DNA of 64,000 nucleotides, taken from positions 59,274,001 to 59,338,000 of the forward strand of contig NC_087437.1 of assembly GCF_036321535.1 (NCBI RefSeq), in the 5' to 3' direction. The DNA is from Camelus dromedarius (Eukaryota). Shown here one piece after another: positions 1 to 44,500 of the stretch; within the stretch, counting starts at the first letter, position 1; each line of letters starts with the position of its first letter. The translations under genes and the position numbers were made by a program. Under the pieces are notes generated by a model. That model had not been told where the DNA came from and made no database searches. It saw only the letters and a list, made by a program, of their open reading frames with translations.

Positions 1-3000
1 AGGGTGTTCCTTTAAATTAAAAAGGCATATAATGTAATGACTGGTTCGCTGTCAATTCTAAATTTAGTTTTGAATACTTCTATTTAGGCTGATTCAGTAT
101 ATAAAATGTGTGCTCTGTGATATTTCCTAGCATATAATACATCATGCAGGCCCAAAGGATTCATTTACACAATGTGAAAATCATCTGCATTTACAAAAAT
201 ACAAGACAAACCTTTATGGACATTTATTTGTTCTTCTCACGCTACTTTATAGGATAAGCCACTATACAAATCACAAATAGGAGATTATGTATGGAAAAAT
301 GAGATTATCATTTAAAATATGTATGCAATGAAATTATTGCTAACTGTAAAAATGCTGAATAACATTTATTTTCAGTATTGGGTATGTTATCACCCTAAAC
401 AGGCATTCTAAGTTGAATTTAAGTATATTTCTGTTAAGTGAATCCCACTTTTTCATTGATTTCCTTTGTGAAAATATTTCCATAGAAAATGCTAGCTCAA
501 GACCCAGAAATTGAGTTGATCTACTATTTTAAATGTGGGCTAAGCCAGTGGCTTGCTGTGGTAGCTAAGAATGGTAAATTCCATCCATCAGCACTTTGAA
601 TCACTTACCTAACTCAAAAATAAAACTCCCTGCTTGTGGTCATTTTGTTAACTGTGTACATACATACATTCACACACACACATATACAAGCACACCCTTA
701 TATATAATGAGCCATGAGAAAGCTCAGAAATAGTCTCAGAATTAAAAACAAAATCACAAATCCAAAAAAAAAAAGTCTCAATTATATTAACAGCCCCAAA
801 CTTTTTCTTTCTTTTTTCTTGGTCTGGGTATTTATTTCCAAGCTCCTATTAGTGGCTGGCTTCAAATTCAAACTCTACTAAGACCACATATAACCACAAC
901 TTTATCATAAAGACTTTAGAGTGTGTCAAGAAGTGAATAGAAATAATATTCTGATATATTTACTGTTACACACACACATATATATATACACACACACACA
1001 CACATATTTACTGTTCTAACAGCTTAGACTGAAAGTTATGCTAACATTCATGCCAAAAGTGGGGAAACCTTTTTACTATGAGCCACTGACCAACAGGATG
1101 AAAAATTTGCAATCCAGTTAGATAAAAAAGGAATTTTTTCCAGACTTTTATTTTTAAAACACTCTACTAAATTACAAACAAGTAATGCAATATTCTCTTC
1201 CATAAATGAAGCAGAGAGTAATACATGTTATATAGTCATTCAAATGTTTAGAGTCAGTTTAAAGTGTTTGGAAAGTGCTAGTTGGAAGTACATGAACACA
1301 CTCACACACACCCCAGACAAAACCAGAAAAAGGACACACACAAAAAAAATGGTCAGGATACAAATGCCAAAGAGAGACATGGAAGCAGAGAAAGTTTTGT
1401 TTCAAGAAAATAATAGCCCATATTGAACGTTTTTCAAATCCTATTGCATTTTTAAAACAATAAGCAAAAATAGATTTGCAATCTAGTCTTGACATATTGC
1501 CAGAAGAAAAATTTTTTTTTTTAAATTCAGGCTCGGAAACTTCTGACATTTACCTCAACAGTAATTCTCAAATTTTCATCTTTCTCCTATAACCACCCCC
1601 TTTGATCACACCTCTAAAAATCTGCCAAGATTTCCATCTGAAGGAGAAAATAAATACTTGAGTCTTTCCTTTGTTTCACCAGGAAAGAAAAAGAGGCTGG
1701 CAGACTTACATAACCACCAAAATGAAAAGATCAATAAGGATTTCAAACAAGAATCGAAAAACTGAGTACTCATTTTAGAGAGGCATGAGTTTCTAGCAGA
1801 CCATGCTCTCAGCTCCGGGTTCTCCTGGCATGGTCAGTGATTCCTTACTAACCCTACTGAAGACAGCTATCAAAACAAACTCTGTGCTGGTGGTGACTGG
1901 CGGCCGAGGAAGAATGTTCCTCAAGTTAAAGATTTAGATTCTGTTTCAGATGCTGCCACAAAGCTAGGTGAACATCACCAAGTCATTCAGAGTCAAATTA
2001 TTTTAACCGTAAAATACAGATAAGATGAGATCCTGTAAGGGAAGAGCAGATTTAAGTTATTATTAAATATGTCCCAGCAACAGCATCACAGACTTGTTAA
2101 CTGAATGACACCAGTTCCCTTTGATGGAATCTGGCATCAAAATAAGAACCTTATAAAGGACTTCCCTTATATTCCCCTCAGTAAGTGACTCAAAAGTAAA
2201 AACTTACAGAGAGTAAATAAATCTGCAATACTTGTCTGTGGCTCTGATATATACCTCTCTTGTTCCTCCTCAAAAATACTAACTGGGATCTTCTGACCTA
2301 CAACCACAAATTTAAAGTCTTTTTATTCCTAGTCCCTCTTCCTGACTCAGTTACTTGTCTTTAAAAGGCCACCTCAGCCTGCAGGGCCCCTAGGTATCTG
2401 CTCCAACCACTTCGGATATGGGGATGAACTGGAAAAAGATACATAAGCCTGAACAGGAGAGATGCTGGCAGTTCAGTAATAATGCCTTCATACAGAGAAA
2501 GAACTTGGATTTCACAAGCAGCAAACGATAAGCATCAAGTAAAAAAAAAAAAAAACCAGCAAAAACTGAAGCCAGATCACAAGAAATCACATCTGGTTAA
2601 AAGAGTGTCAGAATTAAGTCCATATGATCACGGCCCTTGAAATAACAGTGAAGTCAAGCAAGAAAATAACTGCGCTTCAGGTGAAAATGGGTGACCACAG
2701 ACGGAAGTCAGGTTTTACTTAGTCTCAACCAGAACCAGTAGAGGAGAGCAACAGATTCTGTAGAGGATACCTTAAATAGCTAAGACTGAGATTAATCCTT
2801 TAAAATAATATGCTCAAGATAGACAACACATTACACAGTTTAGATACTGAGAACAGTAACTAGCAGGTCTGGTGAAGATCTGTGAACTGTCTACTCTGAG
2901 GAGGAAAGGAAAGGCTGATGACAGCTTTGGTAAAGCCTTAACCTTTCCCCCACTCTTCTCCATCCATATTTATACTTCACATCGTTTAACACTTTATACA

Positions 3001-4594
3001 GTAATACTTTATTTCTATCATTTCTTACTTTCTTCTCTACTTCTCTTTCTTTACTCATCAGTAACAACTATATTCCAAGATTAGGGGACTCCAATGACTG
3101 ACAGACAGACAGACAGACAAAGACGTGAAAATCAGCAAAGTAATACACTGACTTTATTGTATTTTCTGGAAGGCATGTCTTATGACAGCACACACTTCTG
3201 TCTCCACTAACAGACATGCACAAGCTGCTTAGCTTAAGGACAAAGGTTTGGTGGCTATATTTCTGCTAAAATATAATTTTTAACACATGTTTAAAAAAAC
3301 AGTCCAGTGATCAACAATTGAGTTTATTTAAATCAATCCGAAATTAAATGGGAATATAAAACACTTTAAGCCTCTCATTTTTTTTGAAGTTTTCCAAAAT
3401 AATATAAAAGATGTAGCTGTCTTGCTTACCAACAAGTCTGAATGTCAGTTTTCTTTCTGTAAACAAAGTATTGTTCTTTGAAAGATATTTTAGCTACCCC
3501 TGGGCATGCTCAATATTTCCTTGAAATTTTGAAACAGTGAACCAAAAAACATGTACATCAACTTTAATTATTAAGTTCACCTACTATGCAAAGCTTTTTG
3601 TCCCACAACGTGGTTTTAACATGATTCTCTAAAGTTTCCATTTGTTAGATAAGAAATATCAGTTCTTTAAAAAAAAAAAGTAAAAAACAGATTTCAATTA
3701 TTATTGGTTACTTATATTTTGAAATCTTACTTGTCCAAAATATAAAGTAACAAAATCTGTCCTACAAACCACACAGAAGACTAAGCAAGATAATGTATGT
3801 GAACATGCTTTGTAAATTCTCACGTGAGATATACAGATGTGAGCAGTTATCAGTCCTATGCCACAGCGAAATCTGTGACCTGACATTTTACCAACCAGAA
3901 CACTGGCATTTCTTTACAGCAAAAGAATAACTACTATTCACACCAAGGTACTGTAAAAGTCTTAAAGTTCTATATGGAAAAAATAATTTTTAAGTTGTTC
4001 CATATATTAATTAGTAGAGCCTCAATTTTTTAAAACCAGCAATTTATATACAGTGAATGATTTTTTCCCAAGAACCCTAACTGATCAATCCAAATGCTGT
4101 ATTCTATTGCCACAGGCAGACAAGCTTACACAGGCATAAGCCTCCATTCTACTGGCCCCTCCTGCTGTGGATGCAAAGGTGACAGAAGTGAAGAATTCCA
4201 GGTGAATATTGGCTGGAACAGTGTCAAAAATGAGAAAAGACAGCTGGTGCCATGCAGACCACCCAGAAGGAAAGTATAATACCCACTGTTCAAACTGAAG
4301 AACTTCTATTCCTGCTTTTAATTCTAACTCTCTTTGCAATGGGCTGTAAAAATAAAAATTGGAGCCAGAAGTAACAGGGTGTGAAAACCAGGAATGTGTA
4401 GAACTGCTGTCTTTAATTTTAAACTTAGGGTGGCAGCTACCATGAGAATAAAACAAGACAGTAAACATCTAAATCACTAGGTTCATTCTACTTGTGAAGA
4501 CCCATTTTACTTTGAAAGAACAGCTTTAACTCAATTCTTACATTACTTTATAGAAGGGAAGCAGGATGGAAATCACAATAAATGCCAAACTTAC

Positions 4595-35768
<31,174 letters not shown>

Positions 35769-36289
35769 ATCTACAGTGGTTGGAAAGGTCTTGTGCTTCA
35801 GAACAACTGAAGATAACTGAGGGAAGAAAGGAACAAATATTAGGACATTATTTTGTGTCTTAGTAAACTATACATATAACTTCATGCTATCAGAAATCTT
35901 GTTTTGATACAAGTTTAACTGGTATCTTAAGCAGTTACTGAAGTGTTTGCTGAGTCCCATGACGTTTTCAATGCCGTGCCAGTTCCTGAACCTGCATGAC
36001 TTCCAACCACAAAACTTGGCATATTTCATTAATTAATTTATACTGGCACTAGCTTTGCTATAAAGCAATTTAAATTCTAAGAGAAACTACCATAGCCAGA
36101 ATCTTCCTTTTTCACTCCCCCAGACTCATCCACTGAGCACTTCACACATGAATGATAATCCCTGGCCAACTGTCAATCCCTACAGCAGGGGTACCCCTAC
36201 TGGAAACCACTCAATTGACTGTCCCATTCCGATCCAAGTCCACTAAGCAATCTTACTGTTTTGGACTAACTATGATGTTTGTCTAGGAG

Positions 36290-36626
36290 AAAACTTACTG
36301 ACAAAAATTTTCTCCTATACTAAAAAAGAGAGTAAATTCAAATATTAGACACTCAGCTACCCATTCAAGTTGAAAAATGTAAAACAATGCCAGTTTTTCT
36401 TTTTTCTTTTTTTTTGGCTTTTGGAAAATACATGTTTTTGGGGAAAATGTTAATTAACATGTAATGGTCGATTACTGTTCTATCAAATTAATACTCTTAA
36501 ATATCTGTAACTAATGTGGCAATAATAGATATAACCCACATAAACAAAAGCTCCTTAGAGTTCACAATAATTTTCAAAAATGTAAAAGGGTCTGAGCCCT
36601 GAGCCCAAGAGTTTGAGAGCCACTGC
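36290..36626 (+). mobile_element. Charlie1-like DNA transposon 3' end
   Basis: TATAACCCACATAAACAAAAGCTC...AGTTTGAGAGCCACTG terminus. Confidence 0.65.
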
Positions 36627-37050
36627 TTTAGACGAGGCTGACCACTGCAGAACACAGTGGGAATAACCTTCCTAATTCCAGTTGTTATACCACTACTCAT
36701 CTGTCCAGTGTATATCACAGGCCTGACACATGGTAAGCACTCAAAAAATACTTGCTGAATGAATGACTGAATAAAGAATTTGTGCTAAGACAGCAATAGC
36801 TATGTAACATTTACATGATATGAATTAATAGCAAGTAAAAACCAACTGCAGGCTTTCAAACTAATCCCCCATAAGACTACTGAAATCTCTTGGCTATGTC
36901 ATCAACAAAATGACCAATAAAAAATACTGATGCCTCCTGCCTGGGCACCCAAAGTTTCTCTACTTTCTGGTAGCGCAGGAGGTGGGGTCAGGGCTAGGTA
37001 GGGTCAGGGCTTTCTACAAAAATAAAATGCCAGAGTTTGATTACAAACAT

Positions 37051-37052
<2 letters not shown>

Positions 37053-37096
<44 letters not shown>
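37053..37096. repeat. (AC)22 microsatellite
   Basis: Perfect run. Confidence 0.97.
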
Positions 37097-37100
<4 letters not shown>

Positions 37101-38576
37101 CATACTTGACTTGGTGTCATCTTGGAAAAGAAGCTTCAGGGGTATCTTGTTTCTCAGAGGAAAACAAGTCATATTATCAAACAAAAACTTTTAGGCAATT
37201 TAGCAACAACTTCTTCTCAGTCTAGGGTAGTGTTACAGCCCTGAGAAGCACAACACTAGAGTCACTGCACCACTGCAAGACTGTTCTATCAAATCAGTGC
37301 AACTCCAGGTGGCAGTTATTCGCAAGGGCTATTCACCTTGCTATGAACTATGGGGAGAATAAGCAAGTCCAACCTCTTTCCCTGTAGAAAAGATCAGCTG
37401 TTGCCTGAACCTGTAAAGTATAGTCCAATTCTGCAAGGTTTCAAATGTGCACATGCCTACCTCCAAAGGGTAATAAGGCAAAGGAACTCTGCCCTGACAC
37501 TGTCCCCACTAAAGAACCCAGTCTGGGGTTCTTAACCTTTAAGCTGTGGTTCTTCATTAAGTTCTGGACTGAATCTAAGGATCATTACTCAGGATTCACC
37601 AGAGCCATTTTAATAACCAAAACATACAATTCTGATCCCCAGTTCCCACCATTATCTAAAATACATTTCTTGAGAGGAGGAAGTACCTCAAATTCTTAAA
37701 TGGAGAGACTTCTGCTTCCAACTGAGATGGAAAAACATGGAACAGACTGGCCTTCCTGCCTAAAACAACAAAATGGATAAAATATATAAAACTGTAGTCT
37801 TCAAGGAACTGGATGTCAGACAGTGAAAGAAACTGATACAGGAATGGGAAGCATCTAGGTGAGCTCTAAAATTGTCCCAGTTCACAAACTGAATAATTTA
37901 CAGGATTAAAAAAAAAAAAATGTAGGACAGGGAACCCAGGGGGAGCCCAGCAGCCTCGTGAGTTGAAGCTGGGAGTGTGGGGAGGCACCAAAGTGACTTG
38001 GTTCGCAGGGCACATCACCAGAGGAGAGATCTGTACAGAGAAGGAACACTGAAAATCTGCATGGTGGTCCCTTCTCAAGTCTCCTGCTGAATTACTGATT
38101 AGCACTTGTGTGTGATGAAACTACCAAGACCAGGGGGAAAGCCACCAAAAGGATTAGGAGAAAAATGCAACAGGCTCACACGGAGCTGGGAAGAGTGCCT
38201 GTTCCCACCAACCACAGTGGTAAACTTCATGAGCTGCATGGAATCAGGGGGAGTACTCAGAGGGTCTTGCTTCAGTAGTGGGTTCAAATTAGCCCTAAAC
38301 CAAAAGCCATTCTGGCCCTGCCTAGCAAAGCTTTTAAGACTTGAAAGAATAAAGTTGTTTCCAAGTAACTTAACTGCTTCACAGGAGATGGTTCAAAGAG
38401 AGTTATAGGAATACCAAATATCTAGTTACAATGTCTGACATCCAATTAAAACTTAACAGACATACAAAGAAGCAAGAAAATACAACCCACCATGAGAAAA
38501 ATCAATGGACAGAAAAGGATATAGAACTGACAGAGGTAACAATTGTTAGACAAGAACATTAAAACAACTGTTGTAA

Positions 38577-38741
38577 TAGATAAAGAATAAGGGCCTACTG
38601 TATAGCACAGGGAACTATATTCAATAACTTATAATAGCCTATAATGAAAAGGAATATGAAAAGGAATATATATGTATAACTGAACCACTATGCCATATAC
38701 CAGAAATTAACACTTGTAAACTATTACTTCAATTAAAAAAC
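38577..38741 (+). mobile_element. Younger 5'-truncated artiodactyl-type L1 3' end nested in the old L1
   Basis: CCTACTGTATAGCACAGGGAACTATATTCAA...CTTCAATTAAAAAA; TSD CTGTTGTAA at 38568-38576 and 38742-38750. Confidence 0.8.
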
Positions 38742-39221
38742 CTGTTGTAACTATAGTCCATATGTTCAAAAAGCAAGAGGAAGACTGAACATGTGAAGCA
38801 GAGACATGAAAGATATAAAGAACCTACTTGAACATAAAATAAAAAGTACAGGGTCTAAGATGAAAAATATACTAGATGGGATTAACAGAAGATTAGACAT
38901 TACAGGGGGAAAAAAATCAATGAACTCGAAGACACAGTAACAGAAATATCCAAAAATTTTTAAATAGAGAGGAAAAAAAGAATAGAGGGTGAAAAAACAA
39001 ACATAACAGCATCAGTGAGCTGTGAGACAGCCTCAAGTAGCCTGACATGCACACATGTAAGACAGGAGGGGCAAAAAATATGTAATTACATAATGGCCCT
39101 AAAATTTCTTGATTAGACAAAACACTATGAACCCACAGATCCAAGAAGTCCCACTAACATCAAACGAAGAAACATTAAGAGATTACACCAAGGTATATCA
39201 AACTGCTCAAAATCTGTGATG

Positions 39222-39222
<1 letters not shown>

Positions 39223-39266
<44 letters not shown>
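39223..39266. repeat. Poly(A) followed by (AT)n microsatellite
   Basis: A run then AT repeats. Confidence 0.95.
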
Positions 39267-39268
<2 letters not shown>

Positions 39269-41210
39269 AGGCAGAGAAAAAAGACACGTCACATACAAAG
39301 TAAGATTTTTAAAATGACATTAAATATCTCGCTAAAAAGAATGCAGGTAAAAAGACACTGAGGCAACATCTTTGAAGTACTAAGAAGAACCTATTCTGAG
39401 AATTCTATACCTAGCAAAAATATCTCCTAAAATCAAAGGTGAAATAAAAGGCTTTTTCAGATATAAAGATGGAAAAAAATTCATCAGCAGCAAAACTACA
39501 CTGTAAAAAAAAATGTCAAAAGTAGTCCTCAGATAGGAAAAATAAATAAATCAAAGTATACTCCTAAAAGGTTCTTTTTTTTTTAAGTAAGGTTCTTAAG
39601 AAAGCAAGAAAAAGACCAAATTATACCCAGAGCAAACACTTAAGGGAAATACTTAAATTCAGAGAAGAAATAAATAAAAATTAAAAACCAGGAAAATGAA
39701 GAAAAAGCAATGAAACCAAAAGCTAGTTCTCTGACATCAATAAATTGATCATTTCTAGATAAACTCAAAGAGAAGGGGTAGGGGGCACAAATTACCAATA
39801 TCAGGAATAAGAGAGCCTATGCAGATATCAGAAGGATAATCAAGGAACCTAACAAACAACTTTACACAAACATACCTACTTTTCTGCAAGTTTGAACTTA
39901 CTTCCAAATAAAAAACTAAAAGAAAAAAAAATTTTAATCTCTTTATCCATTAGGGGATGGCCATGAGTTGATAACTGCTAAAGCTGAGTTAAAAGCTGAG
40001 TGATGGGTCCATGAGAGTTCATTATACTAATTTTTCTACTCTTTAATATGTATAAACTGTCCACAATAGAAAGTTTTTTTAAAATAAATGAAATAGCCAC
40101 CCATCTGAAGTTCTCAGATAGAAGAAAATTTTCAGAGAATAGTCCTTCCTAGCACCAAGGGCTATAAATCTTGAGGACTCTGCCTCTGAGTCCCAAATCC
40201 ACTGACAACCTATTACGTACCAGGTATTATCTATAAACTCTTACTTCTGGGTTTAGAATCTAACTCTTCTTCACTCTTGTCTTTTATCCATTGCCTAGAA
40301 ATATAGATGTACTTCCCCATTTTTGTAAATCCTAATTTTTCAATGCAGAATATATCTGTAGATAAACATTCTTTTCATAGTTTTAGAAAAAGAATTACCA
40401 TTAAAATGTAATGTTTTCTTTCATTCCATATACTCATAAATATTTAAAGTCTTTTCCCCAAATATCTCTTGATAGATAGTTCACATTAGTCTGAGATAAC
40501 TATATTTTCATCTTATCTTCTACACTTAAAAACTGACCACAGCAAAAAATACTCCTGTTAATTTTAAATGAGATACACACATGGTACACTGCCTATAACA
40601 ATCTATTTTCATACTTCTCTAAACAATTCTTGACCATATTATATCATTGCTCTTTTTACAAGGGTTATTTCTCTAAAATTTAGCTTATTTTTTAAGGTAA
40701 AATTCTTAAGTTTTACTAAATTTTACCAAAGCTGAAATATTAAAAATGATTTAAATAATTCAAATTAAAAGTTGCTCTAAAAGTCACCAATTATTATTCT
40801 CTTTAAATATATTATACTTCATAGGAAATTACTAAGAATTCACCTTTCACATAAACTTTCAGTAAAACCCAATGAAACAACTGCAACAGCTCACATTTAA
40901 AACATATACATACTGTAAATGAATATTTAAATGTTAAAAACATGTACATAAGTAAAAAGCTCTTAACATTTCTGACATCATGAAGATAAAAATCTATATA
41001 AACATATTTCAAAATACATTGCTTATCAAGATGAAAATAAATATTAAATAGTATTCTACCATTTATCCAATTAGACATTTGAAGCATTAATATCAAGCTT
41101 GTAAAATCCATTTAACTTACAGAAGTATAACTTCAGTGGTTTGCTTGAGTGCATGTGTTTTTTAATCAAGTCAATTCCTAGATCACAAACAACAAATAAA
41201 ATTTTCTTAC

Positions 41211-41575
41211 CAATAACACTATATCATCATTCCTTTCAAAAGCTGATATTAGCAGAGCTTTCAAAAGCCAACTGTTAACAATAAAAATAAAATAAAACTA
41301 AGCATAAAAATCCATTCAAATGAGAATTTTCTGCCACATACTTGTTTTGGTTCTTTTTGAGCTGCTTTCAAAATGATTTAAGATATTAAAATTTAGGGTT
41401 TTTTAATTCACCAATTTCAAATGGGTTTTCAGAAGCTCTGTCCCCTACCATCTGACTGCCACTGCAGAGCTCCTACTGCTTGAGTAAGTCCTATCCAGCT
41501 AGCACGCTGAAGTCCCAGTTCCGCGGTGCACGCCACAGCCTTGATGTTATCTAAACAGCAAGCAGCTTATAGGCT
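41211..41575 (-). promoter_or_regulatory. Candidate internal alternative promoter / alternative non-coding 5' exon(s) of ATP13A3
   Basis: Local CpG patch at 41500-41535, TATAAG (minus, 41566-41571), donors ATG|GTAGGG (41448) and TTG|GTAAGA (41210), T-rich acceptor ...TTATTGTTAACAG| at 41272. Confidence 0.5.
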
Positions 41576-44500
41576 ATTGTGCTCAACCAAACCCTTCCTT
41601 GCATTTACAATGAACTTGATTTTTTGTGTGAGTAAAAACAGCAGCACAAGACAAAGTGAAGCTATCAGGAATAAATCTCACTAAAACTGATGCTAATTTT
41701 TGTGAAAGTTTACTCATTTTTTTCACATTGTATAATTACTAAGAACAATTTAAAGTACAGTCTTGAATCCAGACGAAGAGTTAGTCAGACCTCATTTCCT
41801 AAAAGATGAGTTGGCCTCAAGAAGCATGGAAAACCTGCGTTTCTCATGTGCTGTAATAATATTCTAATAGTATGTGTGGAGGCTTTTGAGGCAAATTCTA
41901 TGTATGTGCCTAGAATTCCAAGGTAGGTAATTTCACAAGGTGATTTAGAGAATGATCTTCAACCCAAGTAAAACCTCTAAGTAATTTTGAGTTGTGTATT
42001 TTTAATTTTTTAATTGGTATTTGCCAATTTTGGGAAACTAAAGTAAGAAAAAAAATTTTAAATGTATTATTCAAAATTCACAGAACTAAGTAAGTATAAA
42101 AGTTCTCAAATAGTATTTTTTATATAAAAATGCACTGAAACTTTTGGGTCACCTTGTATAGTTGAAAGACAAAATGAATCATCCCACTTTGTTTTGTAGT
42201 TCTAGGTTTTTTTCCCTGAGAATTAAACATACCTATGCATGTTAAATAAAGATTTGATAAACCCATCTTTCAGCACCACAAAGCAAAGTGTGTTTTAAAG
42301 ATCTGAAGTATCAACAGCACAGCCAGCATTCAGAATACTATTTTATTTTTAAATTTGTAACTACTACAGCAATTAAATGACCTTAATTTAATTACAATTG
42401 AAATAAGATGTGCCCCAATAAATATAAAATACTAACTCTACTCACTGTACAACCTTAATATCTACATAAATATTTGTGTTAAAAGAGTGAAAAAAATCTC
42501 AACCTCCCAAATACAATAACCAAACTGTGACAACTCACGAAGGCAAAACTCAACACTTCAAGTCAGCTCCTAACAATAAGAATGACATAATATAATTTAA
42601 TGAATACATGGAAATTTTACAAGCATACCAGCTAAGTTTTAACAAAGCTCTACTCAATACCCATTTTATCACTTCCCATCTTGAACTTTCTCTTATAATA
42701 CATGCTTTTGTTTCTGTGTTTAGGCTTAAGGAAGACCATTGTATCCAATATACACCAAACCAAAACTGTATTTACATTTGTAAAGTGTAGTCTTTGTATA
42801 ATTATACTTTTTTTGTATGTTACAAAACAATGTGATACCTATAAAAAAAAATAAGTTATAATTAGGAAAGATAATGCAATTATCTGTCTTAGATTCAACT
42901 GAAGAACATTAAGAGTTATAATAGCCTGCACTCCAGCATACTTGCATGTATTTTTATCACTTTTATATGTACACTATTTAAAGAAAGAAATCAACCCTTT
43001 TATTCAGAGAAACTCCATGTCATAAGACTATCATTAGAGAAAATAATGGCTTTGAGTATTATAGTTAATTGTATAGTATTTAATCAGTAAAAAATAGAAG
43101 AAGGTACCTTTGGCCTGACAAGTAGTATCTATGTTTTATTCTTTATAAAAAAAAGAAATGAGTAAAATAAGTCATTTATATACAACATAATTAAGTTTGC
43201 ATAATTAAATAAAGCTTGTCTACTTAACATGAGAGATTTTTTTCATTGATTCAAGTTACTTTGATCTTAAAACTTTTATACTTCCCCTTGAATCTTTCTC
43301 ATGTATGAGACTTTTCAAAACTCCACACTAAAGGCCTGAGAGTTATGAAAGTGTTATAACTGCTAGATTGATTTCAAAATCTTACCACCTATTATGAAAA
43401 ACGCTATAGTAGACAATTAAAAATAGTGGAAAGGATCATTGTGACAAGACCAGTCCTAAAGAATGAATATTCAAAAATGGCCCCAAAAGGCCTAGAAAGA
43501 AAACTGGCAGCCACCCCTAAGACAAACAAAGGCTAAATATATCTATAAAATATGGCTACCAGGGTGACAACGCGTGGGTTTGGGAATAAGGGAGACTTGA
43601 GTGCTTTTTGAATGCTTTTCTCATCTACGTGCAATAATATTTCAAAACAGTTAAAGAAAAAAGAAGAGAAAGAAGGAAGACTGAGTATATGTACACACTT
43701 GCAATTGTACCACGTATGGCCAACTGTAGGCCTCAACTTACAGGAACCACCAAAGCACTCCACACTGCTCCATCACAGCATCCCATTCTCTCTGCCTGGA
43801 TCTCACTCTTACTCTTACTTTACCCCAGACAAGGGAAAGGAGCCATTGTGAAGGCTCCTTTAAACAAGCACATTTCTGGGAAGCTACAGTTGACTGTTTT
43901 CATTTTTATATCTCTTCCATACTTCAGCTCCACTGAGGATAATAAGTACTAGTCAGTGACACAGCATAAGCAGCAGCAGATTCTAAATTATTTTATCAAA
44001 CTAATTCATCTATAAGTATTAAGTAAGCACATATGCCATGTTCGTTACTGTATTAGGAAGAATAGGGGATATACAACGTTACCACCCAAATACAAAAAAA
44101 CAGTACAGAAGTCAAGAGTCAGCTTTAACTTGTTCTTAAATGTCAGTTAATTCAACATGAACTGTTTCACAAGTTCCTTTACCATCCTGGTTTCAAATTC
44201 TCCACTAAAATGATACAGTTGTAATAATTCATGATTCATTCCAACCATTAGTTTTTGACCTCTGCAAGTACTGCCTGTGTATACAGCCTGCTGTTGCACT
44301 CTGTCACCACTAGGTGACATTCCAACACTGGTAAGAAGAGGCTGACAGTTTTCACAACACTTAACAGGGCAGTCACTGATCAAGAATGATTGAAAATGAG
44401 AAATTATATATAGATTTTTTTTAGTACCAATGGAAATATTAATATGAGAAAGTAGGAGTTGCTTATAATAGAACTTCTGTTGCATGTGTCTCAGTGGAAA

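Larger units (their letters stand above)
37705..40090 (+). mobile_element. Old L1 (L1MC/MD/ME-type) with 5'UTR, degenerate ORF1, ORF2 and 3' fragments
   Basis: Start resembles an L1M 5' end (ACTTCTGCTTCC...AGATGG...); A-rich ORF1-like stretch 38420-39530; ORF2-like ACAAATTACCAATATCAGGAAT. Confidence 0.75.

Noticed and set aside
2380..3100. Possible CR1/L3 relic or processed pseudogene fragment
   Set aside because: No translation or motif I could assign with confidence
4085..4468. 127-aa ORF as an independent gene
   Set aside because: No recognisable homology; only the 83-nt exon-like part is kept as a candidate
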